A DNA stretch of 64,000 bases from Candidatus Thorarchaeota archaeon. GTDB lineage: Archaea > Asgardarchaeota > Thorarchaeia > Thorarchaeales > Thorarchaeaceae. Each line of letters begins with the position of its first letter. Position 1 is the stretch's first letter. This document shows, piece by piece, positions 18,124 through 28,997 of the stretch. Position numbers and translations under genes: made by a program. The stretch is taken from assembly GCA_048882045.1 (NCBI GenBank), contig JBHLRZ010000002.1:1-64000 (forward strand), read 5' to 3'. Below the pieces are notes generated by a model that searched no databases, was not told the DNA's origin, and saw only the letters and a program-made list of their open reading frames with translations.

Positions 18124-18804
18124 TTACATGTGATATGCTACTATATGAACCTCATGTCGTGATTCATCAAGACAAAATTCACGGATTTGTTCGTATCCCA
18201 TTTGAGAGATAGTGTCCTTGACCATGTCCATTGTTTCTTTGTCGTCACAATTACACTTGAGAGCTGCCAACATTCGACCTTTCTCTTTTAGAAGAGGTGT
18301 GAATCTTTCTACGAGTTTCAGTGTCCCCTCTGGTTCTGTCGTGACATCTACAAGTAATAGATCGATGGCTCTTGGTGTGGCTATGATTGCTGGATCTATG
18401 TCAAAAGCATCGGCAATGATTACTGAAATTTGGGGGTATTCTTCAGTTATTTTGTGTAGGTCCTCAGTAAATCTCTCCGAAACCTCAATTCCAACAGCAG
18501 TTGCTCCTTTTCTTGCTAGATATAATAGAAAACCTCCAGCAGAACTACCAATATCCAGAACCAGATATGAAGGGCAAACCATACCTTCTCTGAGTTTTTC
18601 ATCGATTTCTCTTAGTTTTTTATAGCCAAGGGGAAAATCAACATCGTCACTCAAGATTTCGATTATGTCTTTCTCAGAAACCTGTTTCGAAGGTTTACAT
18701 TCACTTCCATTTACAATGACAAGGCCATCCTTGATAGCTCGTTTTGCAGCTTGGCGTGATGAGAACTGTTCTGTATCCACCAACCATACATCAAGCCTTG
18801 GCAT
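18124..18804 (-). CDS. S4 domain + FtsJ/TlyA-like RNA methyltransferase
   Basis: RLDVWL...SSRQAAKRAIKDG.V.VNG (S4); VLDIGSSAGGF. Confidence 0.88.
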   Translation of the reverse strand: MPRLDVWLVDTEQFSSRQAAKRAIKDGLVIVNGSECKPSKQVSEKDIIEILSDDVDFPLGYKKLREIDEKLREGMVCPSYLVLDIGSSAGGFLLYLARKGATAVGIEVSERFTEDLHKITEEYPQISVIIADAFDIDPAIIATPRAIDLLLVDVTTEPEGTLKLVERFTPLLKEKGRMLAALKCNCDDKETMDMVKDTISQMGYEQIREFCLDESRHEVHIVAYHM

Positions 18805-19558
18805 TTTGCCTCTCCTCAAGTTCTTTGGGTATGAACAAATGCATAGGGACTCCTCTTAGGTGAGGTCCAATTGCGGCTAGTATACCAGAAGCACGAGTGC
18901 TTCTCTTACATCTCAGTGAAAACTCGAATTTTCCAAGTTGCTCAGTTTCATAGATGTCTTCCCTATGACTTGTCTTCTTCAGAGAGGAATCAATCTGTTC
19001 ATGATTGGCGCCAAACACTAGGAGTCTTTCATGATCATCCTTGAGCCAAGATGTCAGTCTTGATAGGAGTTCTTGATCAAATTCAGCCTCAATCTTACTA
19101 TTGTAGAGGTCTATACTGGTCAGTCTTACTTTGACAGGGAGATAGTCTACAAGCACAAATGCTTCGGCAAGAAACCTCAGAGGTCCAACTAGATTGATTT
19201 GTTCGCGGATTTTATGAAGGGGAATTAAAGCATCCATCCTTGGAGAATCGATGATTCCGATATCAACATAGAGACCGTATCCAACCTTTCCGACATCCAC
19301 CAGACGTCCGGAATATGTTGTGTTGAGAGTCATGTCTTTTGAGGAGAGAGTATTTCCGTATTCTTTGGCGAGTGCGTTACTGATGAATTCTTCATCTTCA
19401 CCTTCGATATTCACCACGATTCGTTCTTTCTTGTCAGTACCCAAACTAATCAATCGTGCATCAAGTTCCGATATCATCGTGGTTATTTCAGATCTGATTT
19501 TTTCAAGCAGTTTTCCCCGATATGCACCATATGCTTTCGAGAGTAGTATTATCTTCAA
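18791..19558 (-). CDS. DUF2110 family protein
   Basis: VGKVGYGLYVDIG, H..DI...E.LG..E..L.CK..T.A.G; conserved neighbour of tfe. Confidence 0.8.
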   Translation of the reverse strand: MKIILLSKAYGAYRGKLLEKIRSEITTMISELDARLISLGTDKKERIVVNIEGEDEEFISNALAKEYGNTLSSKDMTLNTTYSGRLVDVGKVGYGLYVDIGIIDSPRMDALIPLHKIREQINLVGPLRFLAEAFVLVDYLPVKVRLTSIDLYNSKIEAEFDQELLSRLTSWLKDDHERLLVFGANHEQIDSSLKKTSHREDIYETEQLGKFEFSLRCKRSTRASGILAAIGPHLRGVPMHLFIPKELEERQNAKA

Positions 19559-19630
19559 TCATGAACCTCTGATGTGATTCAAGATACATGTGCTAAGTAC
19601 CTTTTGTAGTTGAAAAAGAATGAAAGAAAA

Positions 19631-20164
19631 CTAGGAAGAGGCCTCCAGATCAGCCTTCAGCTCTTCGACACGCTTTCTGAGGAATGAGATGGCCCTTTCA
19701 TTGTCAACAAATTCGAGTTGGCCATTACATGTTGGACATCGGAAAGAGAGATTCATTGCTTCTTCGAATGGTACAGGTGAAGAATCACGGTTGACACAGG
19801 TGTAGAGGTCGTTGTTGCTTTCGTGCTCTAATCTTTGTTCGAGTAGGTTGAGTACCATTCGTTTCTTTCTGTTGACCAGGGCTTGTGCTTTCTTGGGATC
19901 AATTTTCCAGTAATAAAGGAACCAACCAGTATTTGCATCTCTAATTCGTCTATACGATGCAAGATGATTGTCATGGAGTTTGTATAGAATTCTTCGGACA
20001 ATATTCAACTTGAGATCTGTCTTGGTTGCAATTTCTTCGTCAGTGGTTTCTTCTGCATTGACCAATACAGTCGAAACATCAACCCCTTCTTTTCCTGCTA
20101 TTTCTTCGACAACAAGTCGGAAGAGATCGTGATTGAAGTTAGTATGCACCATTGACGAAATCAC
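19631..20164 (-). CDS. tfe: Transcription factor E (TFE alpha)
   Basis: TDEEIA......NIVRRILYKL, R.RD..TGW..YYW, F.CP.C Zn ribbon. Confidence 0.95.
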   Translation of the reverse strand: MISSMVHTNFNHDLFRLVVEEIAGKEGVDVSTVLVNAEETTDEEIATKTDLKLNIVRRILYKLHDNHLASYRRIRDANTGWFLYYWKIDPKKAQALVNRKKRMVLNLLEQRLEHESNNDLYTCVNRDSSPVPFEEAMNLSFRCPTCNGQLEFVDNERAISFLRKRVEELKADLEASS

Positions 20165-20322
20165 CTAGGTATGTAATAGACAGATAATTGGCTAGTCGAT
20201 TGATCTTTCTTTATAATAGCGAAAACATCCGCAGTGGAAATTTACACCTGTAGTATTATACGACTAAATAGTATATAAGAGCTGTTCTTAGGCTCACGAA
20301 ATTCAAATGCGCAAATCGATAT

Positions 20323-20904
20323 TTAATCCCCTTCAACTTCATCTTGGCGTGCTTTTTGAGACATCTTTTTCTTCACAATTACTCTATCTCCAAGAGTTGG
20401 ACCAGCCCCAGACACACCTTTACTTGCCTTTATTGGTACTGCTCCTACAGCTTCTAAGAGTGATATCTCTAACTCTCTTTCGAGACCCCTAATCGTCTTG
20501 CCTGTTGGTTTCAGTCGACCCGATTCAATAGATTGTAGAGTTGAGATTCGCTCCCCAATTTTCTGAGCAAGCTCTTCTTGGGATAGATTCTTTTTTTGCC
20601 TCGCACTTCGGATGACTTTTGCATAATCCTCAATCAGTTCCAAATCATCGAGGAGAACCCCACCGGATTTTGGTTTTGGTTTTGATGAGGTTACTTTTCT
20701 GGGTCTGGAAGGTATAGGTCTTTCTGGACTACCAATCCAAGAAGGCTTTGTTTGTGGAGCAGAAGATGCGCGCGTTCCAGAGGAAATTGACTGACCTCCG
20801 AACCTAGCTGCGCATTGAAGGCAAACAAGCATTGATGCTCCTTCTATGACTACATTACGGCCTCGACCTTTCATTCCTCTACCGCATAGTTCACAACTAG
20901 GCAC
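20323..20904 (-). CDS. mbf1: Archaeal multiprotein bridging factor aMBF1
   Basis: N-terminal CELCG...VCLQC Zn ribbon, Cro-HTH, TLGD motif. Confidence 0.93.
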   Translation of the reverse strand: MPSCELCGRGMKGRGRNVVIEGASMLVCLQCAARFGGQSISSGTRASSAPQTKPSWIGSPERPIPSRPRKVTSSKPKPKSGGVLLDDLELIEDYAKVIRSARQKKNLSQEELAQKIGERISTLQSIESGRLKPTGKTIRGLERELEISLLEAVGAVPIKASKGVSGAGPTLGDRVIVKKKMSQKARQDEVEGD

Positions 20905-21079
20905 TGGAAAATCCCTCTTTTTGTATTTGATTCTCGGGGTGCTGATAAAGATTACCGACTAGACATATTAGTAGAGGGTGATGGTTCATGGTAATATCGC
21001 GGTTTTATCAGGTAATGTTGGTTCCAACAAAGGAATCCTTAAAACATCTGCAGTTGATGAAGTCCTGAGGTGCCATCTA

Positions 21080-22330
21080 TTGCCAGGGACTACAGATGCC
21101 AAAGACGATGGTAGTGTTGATGACTCATCATACTCGCAGAGCTACACGCGGCATCTAGAGCGCAGACTTCGTGCGCTTGAAACTGAAAAACAGATACTTC
21201 AAGCTGAACGTAGTCGACTCGAAAAAGAAACTCAAACTCTGAGGACTGAGCTCGAAAAGCTTAGGCAGTCTCCACTCATCACTGCAACAATTGTTGACAT
21301 GTTAGAAGATGGTCGGGCTATAGTGAAGAGCTCGACAGGTCCGAACTTTGTGGTTCATGTTTCATCATCTATTCAGACGGACAAATTGGAACCTGGCGCT
21401 CTTGTGGCACTGAACCAACGATCCTTTGCTGTTACACAAGAGCTTCCTCCCTCACGAGACCCAATGATTCGTGCGATGGAAATTGAGGAAAAACCAGATG
21501 TATCATACCAAGATATCGGTGGATTGAGAGATCAACTTAGAGAAGTCCGGGAAACTGTTGAGATACCACTCACAGACCCTTTGTTGTTCAATGCGATTGG
21601 TATTGAGCCTCCAAACGGAATTCTATTGACTGGTCCTCCGGGCACAGGGAAGACACTAGTCGCACGGGCAGTCGCACATCAGACAAATGCTACATTTATC
21701 CGAGTTATCGGATCAGAGCTTGTTCAGAAGTTCATAGGTGAAGGTGCGAGATTGGTCCGAGAGATTTTCATGCTGGCTAGTGAGAAAGCACCCGCGATAA
21801 TATTCATTGATGAGCTTGATGCCGTAGGATCGCACAGACTAGACATTGCCACCTCTGGAGACCGAGAAGTACAACGCACTCTCATGCAATTGCTGAGTGA
21901 ATTAGATGGTTTCTCAAAGAGAGGACAAGTAGCGATTATAGGTGCAACCAACAGACCTGACATTCTTGATCCTGCACTTCTAAGACCAGGTAGGTTTGAC
22001 AGAATTATCGATTTCAAGATTCCTGACTCAGATAGTCAGATAGAGATATTCAAGATCCATACACGATCTATGAAGCTTCATGACAACGTCAAGTTTGAAC
22101 TACTGGTTGAAAATGAGAAGATGACTGGTGCAGACATTAAAGCGATTTGTACAGAAGCAGGAATGTTTGCGATTCGTGAAGCCCTTGACAAAGCATCACA
22201 AGAAGGAAGAGATCTGGCAGAGGTCCTTAAAGATAGAGATACCTGTGTGAAGCAGGAGCACCTACGTGAGGCCAAGAGCAAGGTCCAGGAACGTCAAGGG
22301 GACAAAGCTCACGAGAATTTGTATGGCTGA
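21080..22330 (+). CDS. pan: Proteasome-activating nucleotidase
   Basis: Coiled coil + OB ([10 protein letters not shown]), [36 protein letters not shown]-terminal LYG; TTG start after GAGGTG. Confidence 0.96.
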   Translation: MPGTTDAKDDGSVDDSSYSQSYTRHLERRLRALETEKQILQAERSRLEKETQTLRTELEKLRQSPLITATIVDMLEDGRAIVKSSTGPNFVVHVSSSIQTDKLEPGALVALNQRSFAVTQELPPSRDPMIRAMEIEEKPDVSYQDIGGLRDQLREVRETVEIPLTDPLLFNAIGIEPPNGILLTGPPGTGKTLVARAVAHQTNATFIRVIGSELVQKFIGEGARLVREIFMLASEKAPAIIFIDELDAVGSHRLDIATSGDREVQRTLMQLLSELDGFSKRGQVAIIGATNRPDILDPALLRPGRFDRIIDFKIPDSDSQIEIFKIHTRSMKLHDNVKFELLVENEKMTGADIKAICTEAGMFAIREALDKASQEGRDLAEVLKDRDTCVKQEHLREAKSKVQERQGDKAHENLYG

Positions 22331-22363
22331 TTGTACTACAAGAAATACGCATGTTGGATTGAC

Positions 22364-23197
22364 ATGAGGTATAGAGATTATCTTGAGAGTAGACTTGGGG
22401 AGAGTATACCACAAGATATCGTATTTCCGAGAAAATTCCATGTCGTAGGACATGTTGCCCTAGTACATCTGAATTTGAGAACGATGGAATACGCCAAACA
22501 GATTGGAGATTTGACGTTAGAATTTGATAAACGTCTCAAATCAGTTGCAGTTAAAAGAGGACCCACAAGAGGAAAAAACAGACTACCCTCCTACACTGTC
22601 GTATCAGGCGACCGTAATACAACTACTACACATACAGAAAGAGGTGTGAAATTCAGAGTAGATCCAGTTCGTCTTACGTTTTCAGGAGGAAACAAGAGAG
22701 AACGAATTCGTATGGCAAAAAATGCTAAATCAAGAGAGAATGTTGTGGATATGTTTTCGTGTGTCGGTCAGTTCGCCTTACATATCGCTTATGCTGCCAA
22801 TGTCCATGTCACTGCAATAGAAATCAATCCTGAAGCATTTGAATTCCTGATTGAAAACATCGAGCTGAATGGATTAGAGAACAGAGTGGTAGCAATACTA
22901 GGAGATTGCCGTGAGGTTAGTCCCAAGGGAGTAGCAGATCGTGTCATCATGGGATATTTACATGATACGATTTCGTACCTACCTACTGCTATTGAATCTT
23001 TGAATGAGAATGGTGGCATGGTTCACATGCACATGTCGATTCCCGAATTTGATGTGCCCCAAATCATAGAAAGAATTGATACGGTGAGTGAGAACTATGG
23101 ATTTGAATCTAGTACACAAGTCCATCGGGTAAAGAATTACTCACCTGGTATCGAGCACTTTGTTTTTGATATATTTCTAGAACGAAACAAAGCGTAA
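22364..23197 (+). CDS. Trm5/TYW2 (Taw2)-family SAM-dependent tRNA modification enzyme
   Basis: HTE.GVKF.VD, FSGGN..ER.R, DMFSCVGQF, EINP.A, ADRVIMGY. Confidence 0.88.
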   Translation: MRYRDYLESRLGESIPQDIVFPRKFHVVGHVALVHLNLRTMEYAKQIGDLTLEFDKRLKSVAVKRGPTRGKNRLPSYTVVSGDRNTTTTHTERGVKFRVDPVRLTFSGGNKRERIRMAKNAKSRENVVDMFSCVGQFALHIAYAANVHVTAIEINPEAFEFLIENIELNGLENRVVAILGDCREVSPKGVADRVIMGYLHDTISYLPTAIESLNENGGMVHMHMSIPEFDVPQIIERIDTVSENYGFESSTQVHRVKNYSPGIEHFVFDIFLERNKA

Positions 23198-23246
23198 TCG
23201 TTTTATCTGCAGAAAAGAGGATTTGGATTATCAGAGATGTGATACT

Positions 23247-23639
23247 ATGGGTTTCAGAGGAATGTCACCTAAGCAAATGGCTCGAATGATGAAAAAGATG
23301 GGTATCGAGCAGAAAGAGATTGATGGTGTACGAGAAGTAATCATTCGTTTTGATAACAAAGAATGGGTTATTTCAAACGCTCAAGTCACAATGATCAAAC
23401 AAGCAGGTAGTGAGTCATTTCAGGTATCTGGGACCAAGAATGAACGTGAGTTGACTGGAAGTACACCTGTAAGGACCGACGAACCTGCTGAAGTTGAAGT
23501 TGAGAAGAAAATCGAGATTCCTATGGAAGATGCCGCCTTGGTCGCAAGTCAGACAGGTGTGAACATTGAAGTAGCAAAGCAGGCTCTTGAAGAAACCGGA
23601 GGAGATCTCGCAGCCGCAATTCTCAAACTCAGACATTGA
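23247..23639 (+). CDS. nac: Nascent polypeptide-associated complex protein
   Basis: M.RMMKKMGI, V.EVIIR, FQV.G, C-terminal UBA-like ALEETGGDLAAAI. Confidence 0.95.
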   Translation: MGFRGMSPKQMARMMKKMGIEQKEIDGVREVIIRFDNKEWVISNAQVTMIKQAGSESFQVSGTKNERELTGSTPVRTDEPAEVEVEKKIEIPMEDAALVASQTGVNIEVAKQALEETGGDLAAAILKLRH

Positions 23640-23664
23640 TTCATTGTATTACCAGTAATACGAT

Positions 23665-24312
23665 TCAATGTTCTTCTTCCTGCGTAATCCAGTCTCGAAC
23701 CATTTTTAGTCGAACAAAATCTTCTCGTTCACGTTCTTCTAAGGCAAGCTTGACAAAACGTGCAGTTGCATCCAATCGAGGAATCACGACTGTTTCAAGT
23801 GCAGAAACCCGGCGTTTTGTTTTTTCAATCTCAAGAGCTAAACGTTTCACGGTTGATTCTATTTCAGCGAGACGTACAATGGCATTCAGTGCTTCCTTGA
23901 ATTTCTCTCCCATGACATCAAACTTTGTACTAGAATCGGCTAATGAATAGGGTAATTCTGGAGAACTCTGTTCAACCGACAGAATCGGAACTCGAACACC
24001 CATCATAGATCTAGTGGATATACTAAGATTTGCTTCAAACTTACTGGCATATGCAAACTCGACAACTCGAGCAGGCCCCATGATCATTTTTGCTTGAGTA
24101 AGTGCTGAGAAAGCTTCGGACAAAGCACTGTCGACTTTCTCTCGGGCTTCTTTGATTTCAGCTATAGCGTTGAAAAACTCCATGATGAGTGAGTCTCTCT
24201 TTTCACGTAGTAAATCATGGCCCCTTTCAGCAAGCCGCATGCGGTTCTTCAAGGCGAGGAGTTCCATGCGTGTGGTCTTTGTGCCAGGTAAGATTTTGCT
24301 CATGGTCATCAC
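23665..24312 (-). CDS. atpD: A/V-type ATP synthase subunit D (stand-alone)
   Basis: TRMELL.LK.R..LAERGHDLL..KRD.L, EIEKTKRRV.ALE...IP, EEREREDF.RLK. Confidence 0.96.
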   Translation of the reverse strand: MMTMSKILPGTKTTRMELLALKNRMRLAERGHDLLREKRDSLIMEFFNAIAEIKEAREKVDSALSEAFSALTQAKMIMGPARVVEFAYASKFEANLSISTRSMMGVRVPILSVEQSSPELPYSLADSSTKFDVMGEKFKEALNAIVRLAEIESTVKRLALEIEKTKRRVSALETVVIPRLDATARFVKLALEEREREDFVRLKMVRDWITQEEEH

Positions 24313-24367
24313 GTTTTCTAGCTGGGTAAGTCAAAAACATAGCTATTCTAAACTCTTACGTTTCATA

Positions 24368-24661
24368 CTAGTAGAATGTGAACGCAATTGCGCTGATGAT
24401 GATTCCAACTGTGCAGATGACTAGCCAGTCACGAAGATACTTTGCTGTCAGTTGTGGTCTGTCACTGATTTGACCGTTAGTTATGAAGGTGACAATGGAT
24501 ATGAAAAGGAACGCAAAAGGGAGTGACACGCTTGTATGGGTCAACGGAACATCAGTAATCATAATGATTCCTATAAGGCCTCCACAGATCAGAAGAGAGA
24601 GAAACATCAGCGAGTTCATGATGTGCTTTATTCGTTCTACATCCATTTTGTGTATCTCCAT
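24368..24661 (-). CDS. Small 3-TM membrane protein
   Basis: Three hydrophobic segments; divergent from the AAA ATPase gene. Confidence 0.7.
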   Translation of the reverse strand: MEIHKMDVERIKHIMNSLMFLSLLICGGLIGIIMITDVPLTHTSVSLPFAFLFISIVTFITNGQISDRPQLTAKYLRDWLVICTVGIIISAIAFTFY

Positions 24662-24776
24662 GAATTTGCCATCGTAACGAGATTGACTTCCAGCCAGTCC
24701 ATTCTCTTCAAAAAGGTTGTGTCTTGATGACAGATTTTACCATACACTTTATATCCGAATGGCGTGTCCCAAAATT

Positions 24777-24801
24777 GTATTACAAGCACTACTTGTGATA
24801 C
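24777..24801. promoter_or_regulatory. Three GTA(A/T)TAC-like heptads in 9-bp phase between TATA and start of the AAA-RHH operon
   Basis: GTATTAC-AA-GCACTAC-TT-GTGATAC; TTTATAT box at ~24748. Confidence 0.65.
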
Positions 24802-24822
24802 CAGCCTCTAGAGGTCCACAAA

Positions 24823-25797
24823 ATGACGATTGCGATCCATGAGAGTGCACTGATTCGTCACTTTAACACACGCAAGGAAGTTTTGCGAGCGTGGGAAGAA
24901 AAGATCGGTGCTAGATTCTCACCATTTCGTGGTTTTAAGATGCCTGATAGTCGTCTATACATAGAGGACAGTGATTTTCTTGATTCAATTGTTGACTTGA
25001 TTATCACAAATGAAAGGCATGTCTTCATCCGAGGACCAGTAGGATCCGGAAAGAGCACTCTGATGTTGTTAGCGCTGAGAGATTTACCAACTCTTGCTGA
25101 TCGTAAAGGTAACAAATTCATTACAGGATATGTAGGGATGACAGGTCTCTACGAAAAACAGATGGCATCAGCTATTGCAGATTCTTTAAGGATAAAGTAC
25201 AGAAGATCATGGGAGTCCAGCCAGATTATTGATGCAGTTGCGAAGGAAAGTCTTCGTAGATATCTTGAGGAGAAAAGCCGTACTGCATTGTTCATCGAAG
25301 ATGTTGCAGACAATCAAGAGGCAGCTTTTCACAAATTGAGATTCCTAGCTGATTTACCAACTGAAGAGATGATTGATGCATACTCAGGAGCACTTGACGA
25401 GCCTATCTTCACATTGGTAATGTCTGGAACATTGATATATTGGAATGCAATGCTTTCATTCTTACCACAGATAGCAGATCGAACTGAACCACTTGATGTG
25501 CCACCACTCAATAACGCAAAAGCTAGAGAATTCATAGGTCGACGGATTGCCTATGCACAAAACAAGATTGATATCTTTGACCCAGAAAATTTCAGTATAT
25601 ATCCATTTTCGGAAAGTGCAGTAGAGGTCATTAATACTGCAGCTAAAGGGAATCCACGAGACATACGAATGCTCGCACGCGGATGTCAACAAGTAGCAGC
25701 TGAGAATCTTAGAAATACTGGAAATCCGGATGTTACCAAGGATATTGCTGTACTTGTTTCTGAGGCATATGCTACTCTACTCAGGGAGGTTCAATAA
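24823..25797 (+). CDS. ExeA/TnsC-like (AAA_22-type) AAA+ ATPase
   Basis: Walker A GPVGSGKS, Walker B variant LFIEDVA, sensor-I VMSGT, QIADR, FIGRRI, PFSESAV, sensor-II GNPRDI. Confidence 0.8.
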   Translation: MTIAIHESALIRHFNTRKEVLRAWEEKIGARFSPFRGFKMPDSRLYIEDSDFLDSIVDLIITNERHVFIRGPVGSGKSTLMLLALRDLPTLADRKGNKFITGYVGMTGLYEKQMASAIADSLRIKYRRSWESSQIIDAVAKESLRRYLEEKSRTALFIEDVADNQEAAFHKLRFLADLPTEEMIDAYSGALDEPIFTLVMSGTLIYWNAMLSFLPQIADRTEPLDVPPLNNAKAREFIGRRIAYAQNKIDIFDPENFSIYPFSESAVEVINTAAKGNPRDIRMLARGCQQVAAENLRNTGNPDVTKDIAVLVSEAYATLLREVQ

Positions 25798-25798
25798 A

Positions 25799-26092
25799 GT
25801 GAGTCTACTTGGAAAATACAGAAAAGAAGCAGAAAAAGAAGACGAAGAACCAAGGGCTGTAGTCAGAGAAACCGATTCTGTATCAAAACAGAGCGAGCTC
25901 TTATCATCCGTACCTAACAAAGAACGTAAGAGCCCCATCGTTTCCTTCTCTATTCCGACCGATCTCAGAGCCTGCCTAAAGGCTATACGTAAAACAAAGG
26001 CGATTAACCTTAGTATGTGGGTTGAGAAACAGCTCCGTGAAGCAGTGGCACAAGAGTTTCCACAAATTGCAGAAGAATTCCTTGAAAATTAA
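25799..26092 (+). CDS. Putative ribbon-helix-helix DNA-binding protein with charged N-terminal tail
   Basis: GTG 1 nt after the ATPase stop, preceded by GGAGGT; IVSFSIPTDLRACLKAI...INLSMWVEKQLREAV fits RHH strand-helix-helix. Confidence 0.72.
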   Translation: MSLLGKYRKEAEKEDEEPRAVVRETDSVSKQSELLSSVPNKERKSPIVSFSIPTDLRACLKAIRKTKAINLSMWVEKQLREAVAQEFPQIAEEFLEN

Positions 26093-26124
26093 CTGTAATA
26101 CGAGTATTATAAAAAGGACCTGCA

Positions 26125-27510
26125 TTATCGAGTGCGAAATCTTGCATACTTTGTAATTCGAGATATGCAAAGAGCTGCCAATGAGGGATCATCATAACAA
26201 GGGATCCTATTCATCTCTAAGAGATCCTTTCCGGGTTTTCCAACATCTCCTGCAAGCCAGACTCCAACCACTGGTTTATTTGAAGCAGCAGATCTTACTC
26301 CTTCAAGTGTACCAGCTGCATGTTCAGTCTGAGTCATCCCTGCAAAAGTAGGAACAGCGCATATGACTAGCAGAGTGTCGACATTCTTGTCATTTAGTAA
26401 CAACTCTGTGGCAATCTTGTATTCTCGTCTACCTCCACTAGCGACAACATCGATTGGATTGTTCACAGAAGCCATGGGTGGGAGAACTTGACGAAGTTCT
26501 TCTGTCGTATTATCTTCAAGGTTTGGAATTTCTAGACCTATCTTTGCTGCTGCATCAGTAGCTAGAACTCCTGCACCACCTGTATTACTAATAATACCAA
26601 TACGTTGCCCCTTTGGGAGTGGTTGATAATCAAAGAGTTTGCATATTTCAAATAGTGTGTCAAGGGATGGTGCTGTGACACAACCGGCTTGGCGAATCAT
26701 TCCATCAAAGACCTTTGCCGAACCTGCAAGAGACCCTGTGTGTGATTGTGTAGCACGACTGCCAGCCTCACTCTGGCCTCCCTTCAAAACTACAACTGGT
26801 TTCTTCTTGGCCGCATTGTACAGCGACTCAAACATTTCTCGACCTTCATCCACACCTTCGATGTATGCAGCAATGACTGTTGATTTTGTGTCCTCTCGAA
26901 AGTAGTCGAAGATTTCGACAAAACCTACATCTGCTGAATTACCAATGCTGGCAAACTTACTCATACCAATTCTCTTTGATCGGGTTGTGTATATTATCAT
27001 TCCACCAAGAGCACCACTCTGAGAAACGAATGCAATATTTCCTCTCTCAGGCATCATAGTGAATGTGCCATTGAAGAGTCGGCTGTTTGAAACGCCGACA
27101 CAATTAGGACCAATGATGCGTACCCCTGCATCATTTGCTGCTTGAACTAGAAATTTTTCCAATTCAGCACCTTCAGGTCCGGTTTCACTGAAACCTCCTG
27201 AGATGATCACTGCATTCCTTGCTCCAGCTTTCCTTACTTCAGACATCAGTGGGGGACAATATTTGGCTGCTACTACAATTATGGCAAGGTCAACAGGCTT
27301 TGGTATGTCAGTCAAGCTTTTGTATGCAGGTACACCAAGCACACGGTCTCGACTATGAGTTATGGGGTAGACTTCTATCTCTGATGCTAACAGGTTCATC
27401 ATGATTGAGTTGCCCAATTTTCGATAGTCTGCTGAAGCTCCCACTAGAGCAACTCTTGTGGGATTGAAGAAAGGATCTATACTCTTCACAAGTTTCTGAG
27501 AACCTGTCAT
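26125..27510 (-). CDS. acdA: Acetate-CoA ligase (ADP-forming) alpha subunit
   Basis: FFNP..VALVGAS, IISGGFSE, IIGPNCVG, SQSGALG, SHTGSLAG, NNPID. Confidence 0.92.
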   Translation of the reverse strand: MTGSQKLVKSIDPFFNPTRVALVGASADYRKLGNSIMMNLLASEIEVYPITHSRDRVLGVPAYKSLTDIPKPVDLAIIVVAAKYCPPLMSEVRKAGARNAVIISGGFSETGPEGAELEKFLVQAANDAGVRIIGPNCVGVSNSRLFNGTFTMMPERGNIAFVSQSGALGGMIIYTTRSKRIGMSKFASIGNSADVGFVEIFDYFREDTKSTVIAAYIEGVDEGREMFESLYNAAKKKPVVVLKGGQSEAGSRATQSHTGSLAGSAKVFDGMIRQAGCVTAPSLDTLFEICKLFDYQPLPKGQRIGIISNTGGAGVLATDAAAKIGLEIPNLEDNTTEELRQVLPPMASVNNPIDVVASGGRREYKIATELLLNDKNVDTLLVICAVPTFAGMTQTEHAAGTLEGVRSAASNKPVVGVWLAGDVGKPGKDLLEMNRIPCYDDPSLAALCISRITKYARFRTR

Positions 27511-27569
27511 GAACTCACGGCAAAGGCGAAGTCGATTTATGTCTGTCGAGTGTCATGACAAGAGCTGTA

Positions 27570-28820
27570 CTACTGGTAATACACACCTCTTTCCTTGAGA
27601 AGTGCTCGTTGAAGACTGAGGAGTTTTCCTCGATTCATACAATCTCTATCGAGTTGTGTTTCTATAACGTAATCAGTTTCAGGACACCGTTTGTGTACAT
27701 TTCTTATCGAACGAATCGCTGTGTCTATGATTTCCTGTTTCTTGTTTGTACACAAAATCTCAACTAATGACGACACAGCTGATTCGTGATAGAAATTCCC
27801 GATAGCTAAGATTGCCATTGTTGCCACACGGTTGTCAGTCATCTCGGACGCTTTTTCTAGTACCATAAGGGAATCAATGGCACGCACAGTGACATGAACC
27901 TGGATATGTTGTAAGATAGCATTGAATGCAGTGGCTGATTGAGTTTCACTATATTGAGAAATCGATTCGTCGAGAAGTGCATTTAGTGTTGGTAAGGCAT
28001 GTTTACTTGCCAGACGACTGAGTCCTTCTATGTCTTGTTGGATTATCTGATCCAGCAACTCTTTGTACAATTTGTTTGCAGGACTAAGATAGTCATCATT
28101 ATTGCGTGGATATGGATTCAGATTCTCTTGTAATGAAACTGGTTCTTGTATTACTGATAATACACGACTCAAGATATCAGGAGTTACTTGGTTTCCTCTT
28201 ATCCCTAGACTAGTCAGTGTGACACGTCCCTGTTCACAGTACCAAAGTGGACTAATGTTGATAATGGATTCATCTTGTACCAGAGAGATAGCACGAAGCT
28301 TCTCGCTTCTCATTCGCTGAAGCAGGTCTATAGTTTTTTGAGATATGGTAGTACTGTCTGAGAAATCATAGAACAGGGTATCGCCACTTTTGATCTGTGT
28401 GACGGCAAGATTTTCGAGTCTAGTAGCAAGGGCGTTTGAAGCGTCTATCAATGACTTCTCAGAATCAAGCTCACTAAGTAGTACTGATGTATCAACAGGA
28501 ACTGGTTCAAGACCTGAACATGAAAGAAGATTAAAAACAACTTCTCTGTACTTCAGCTGTTCTAGCTCTGCTTCAGTTTTGCCTAAAGTCATCGATAAGG
28601 AATATTTTTGGTCTTGTGCTTTCCGAAGATAACCAAGTACTGAAGACCAACCCTCATCCTGTTCAATTTGTGCTATGACATCTACAAGATCTCTATCACG
28701 GCGGTCTCCTATGGTATTTGCAATCATTCGGACTCGTTCACGTTCATCAGATTCCTTGACTCTTCTTTTGACTGCCTTGAGGATTCGATCACGACTTGTT
28801 TTGTCAGTCAAGGGAATCAC
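27570..28820 (-). CDS. Helical hypothetical protein with C-terminal HEAT-like repeats
   Basis: 416-aa ORF; ATMAILAIGN...SAVSSLVEIL...IIDTAIRSI. Confidence 0.65.
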   Translation of the reverse strand: MIPLTDKTSRDRILKAVKRRVKESDERERVRMIANTIGDRRDRDLVDVIAQIEQDEGWSSVLGYLRKAQDQKYSLSMTLGKTEAELEQLKYREVVFNLLSCSGLEPVPVDTSVLLSELDSEKSLIDASNALATRLENLAVTQIKSGDTLFYDFSDSTTISQKTIDLLQRMRSEKLRAISLVQDESIINISPLWYCEQGRVTLTSLGIRGNQVTPDILSRVLSVIQEPVSLQENLNPYPRNNDDYLSPANKLYKELLDQIIQQDIEGLSRLASKHALPTLNALLDESISQYSETQSATAFNAILQHIQVHVTVRAIDSLMVLEKASEMTDNRVATMAILAIGNFYHESAVSSLVEILCTNKKQEIIDTAIRSIRNVHKRCPETDYVIETQLDRDCMNRGKLLSLQRALLKERGVYYQ

Positions 28821-28997
28821 AGCTCTATAGATGATTGTTCATTGAACCCGAAGAAGACGATTAAGGTTTCTTGGGTTACCCTGAAGATTGTATTTCTTGT
28901 ATTACATGTATCAAATAATGAAAGAAAGCGCCAAATCAATGTCAAAAAAAGTCGTTCTATGATTAGAACTATGTATACTTGAGACCATGTAATGTAT

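Noticed and set aside
20233-20242. CAGTGGAAAT upstream of tfe as an ORB
   Set aside because: Half-site only, no TTC arm or G-string
24823-25797. Transposon (TnsC/IstB) or Cdc6/Orc1 assignment of the AAA+ ATPase
   Set aside because: No transposase or terminal repeats nearby; no C-terminal winged helix or Cdc6-type motifs
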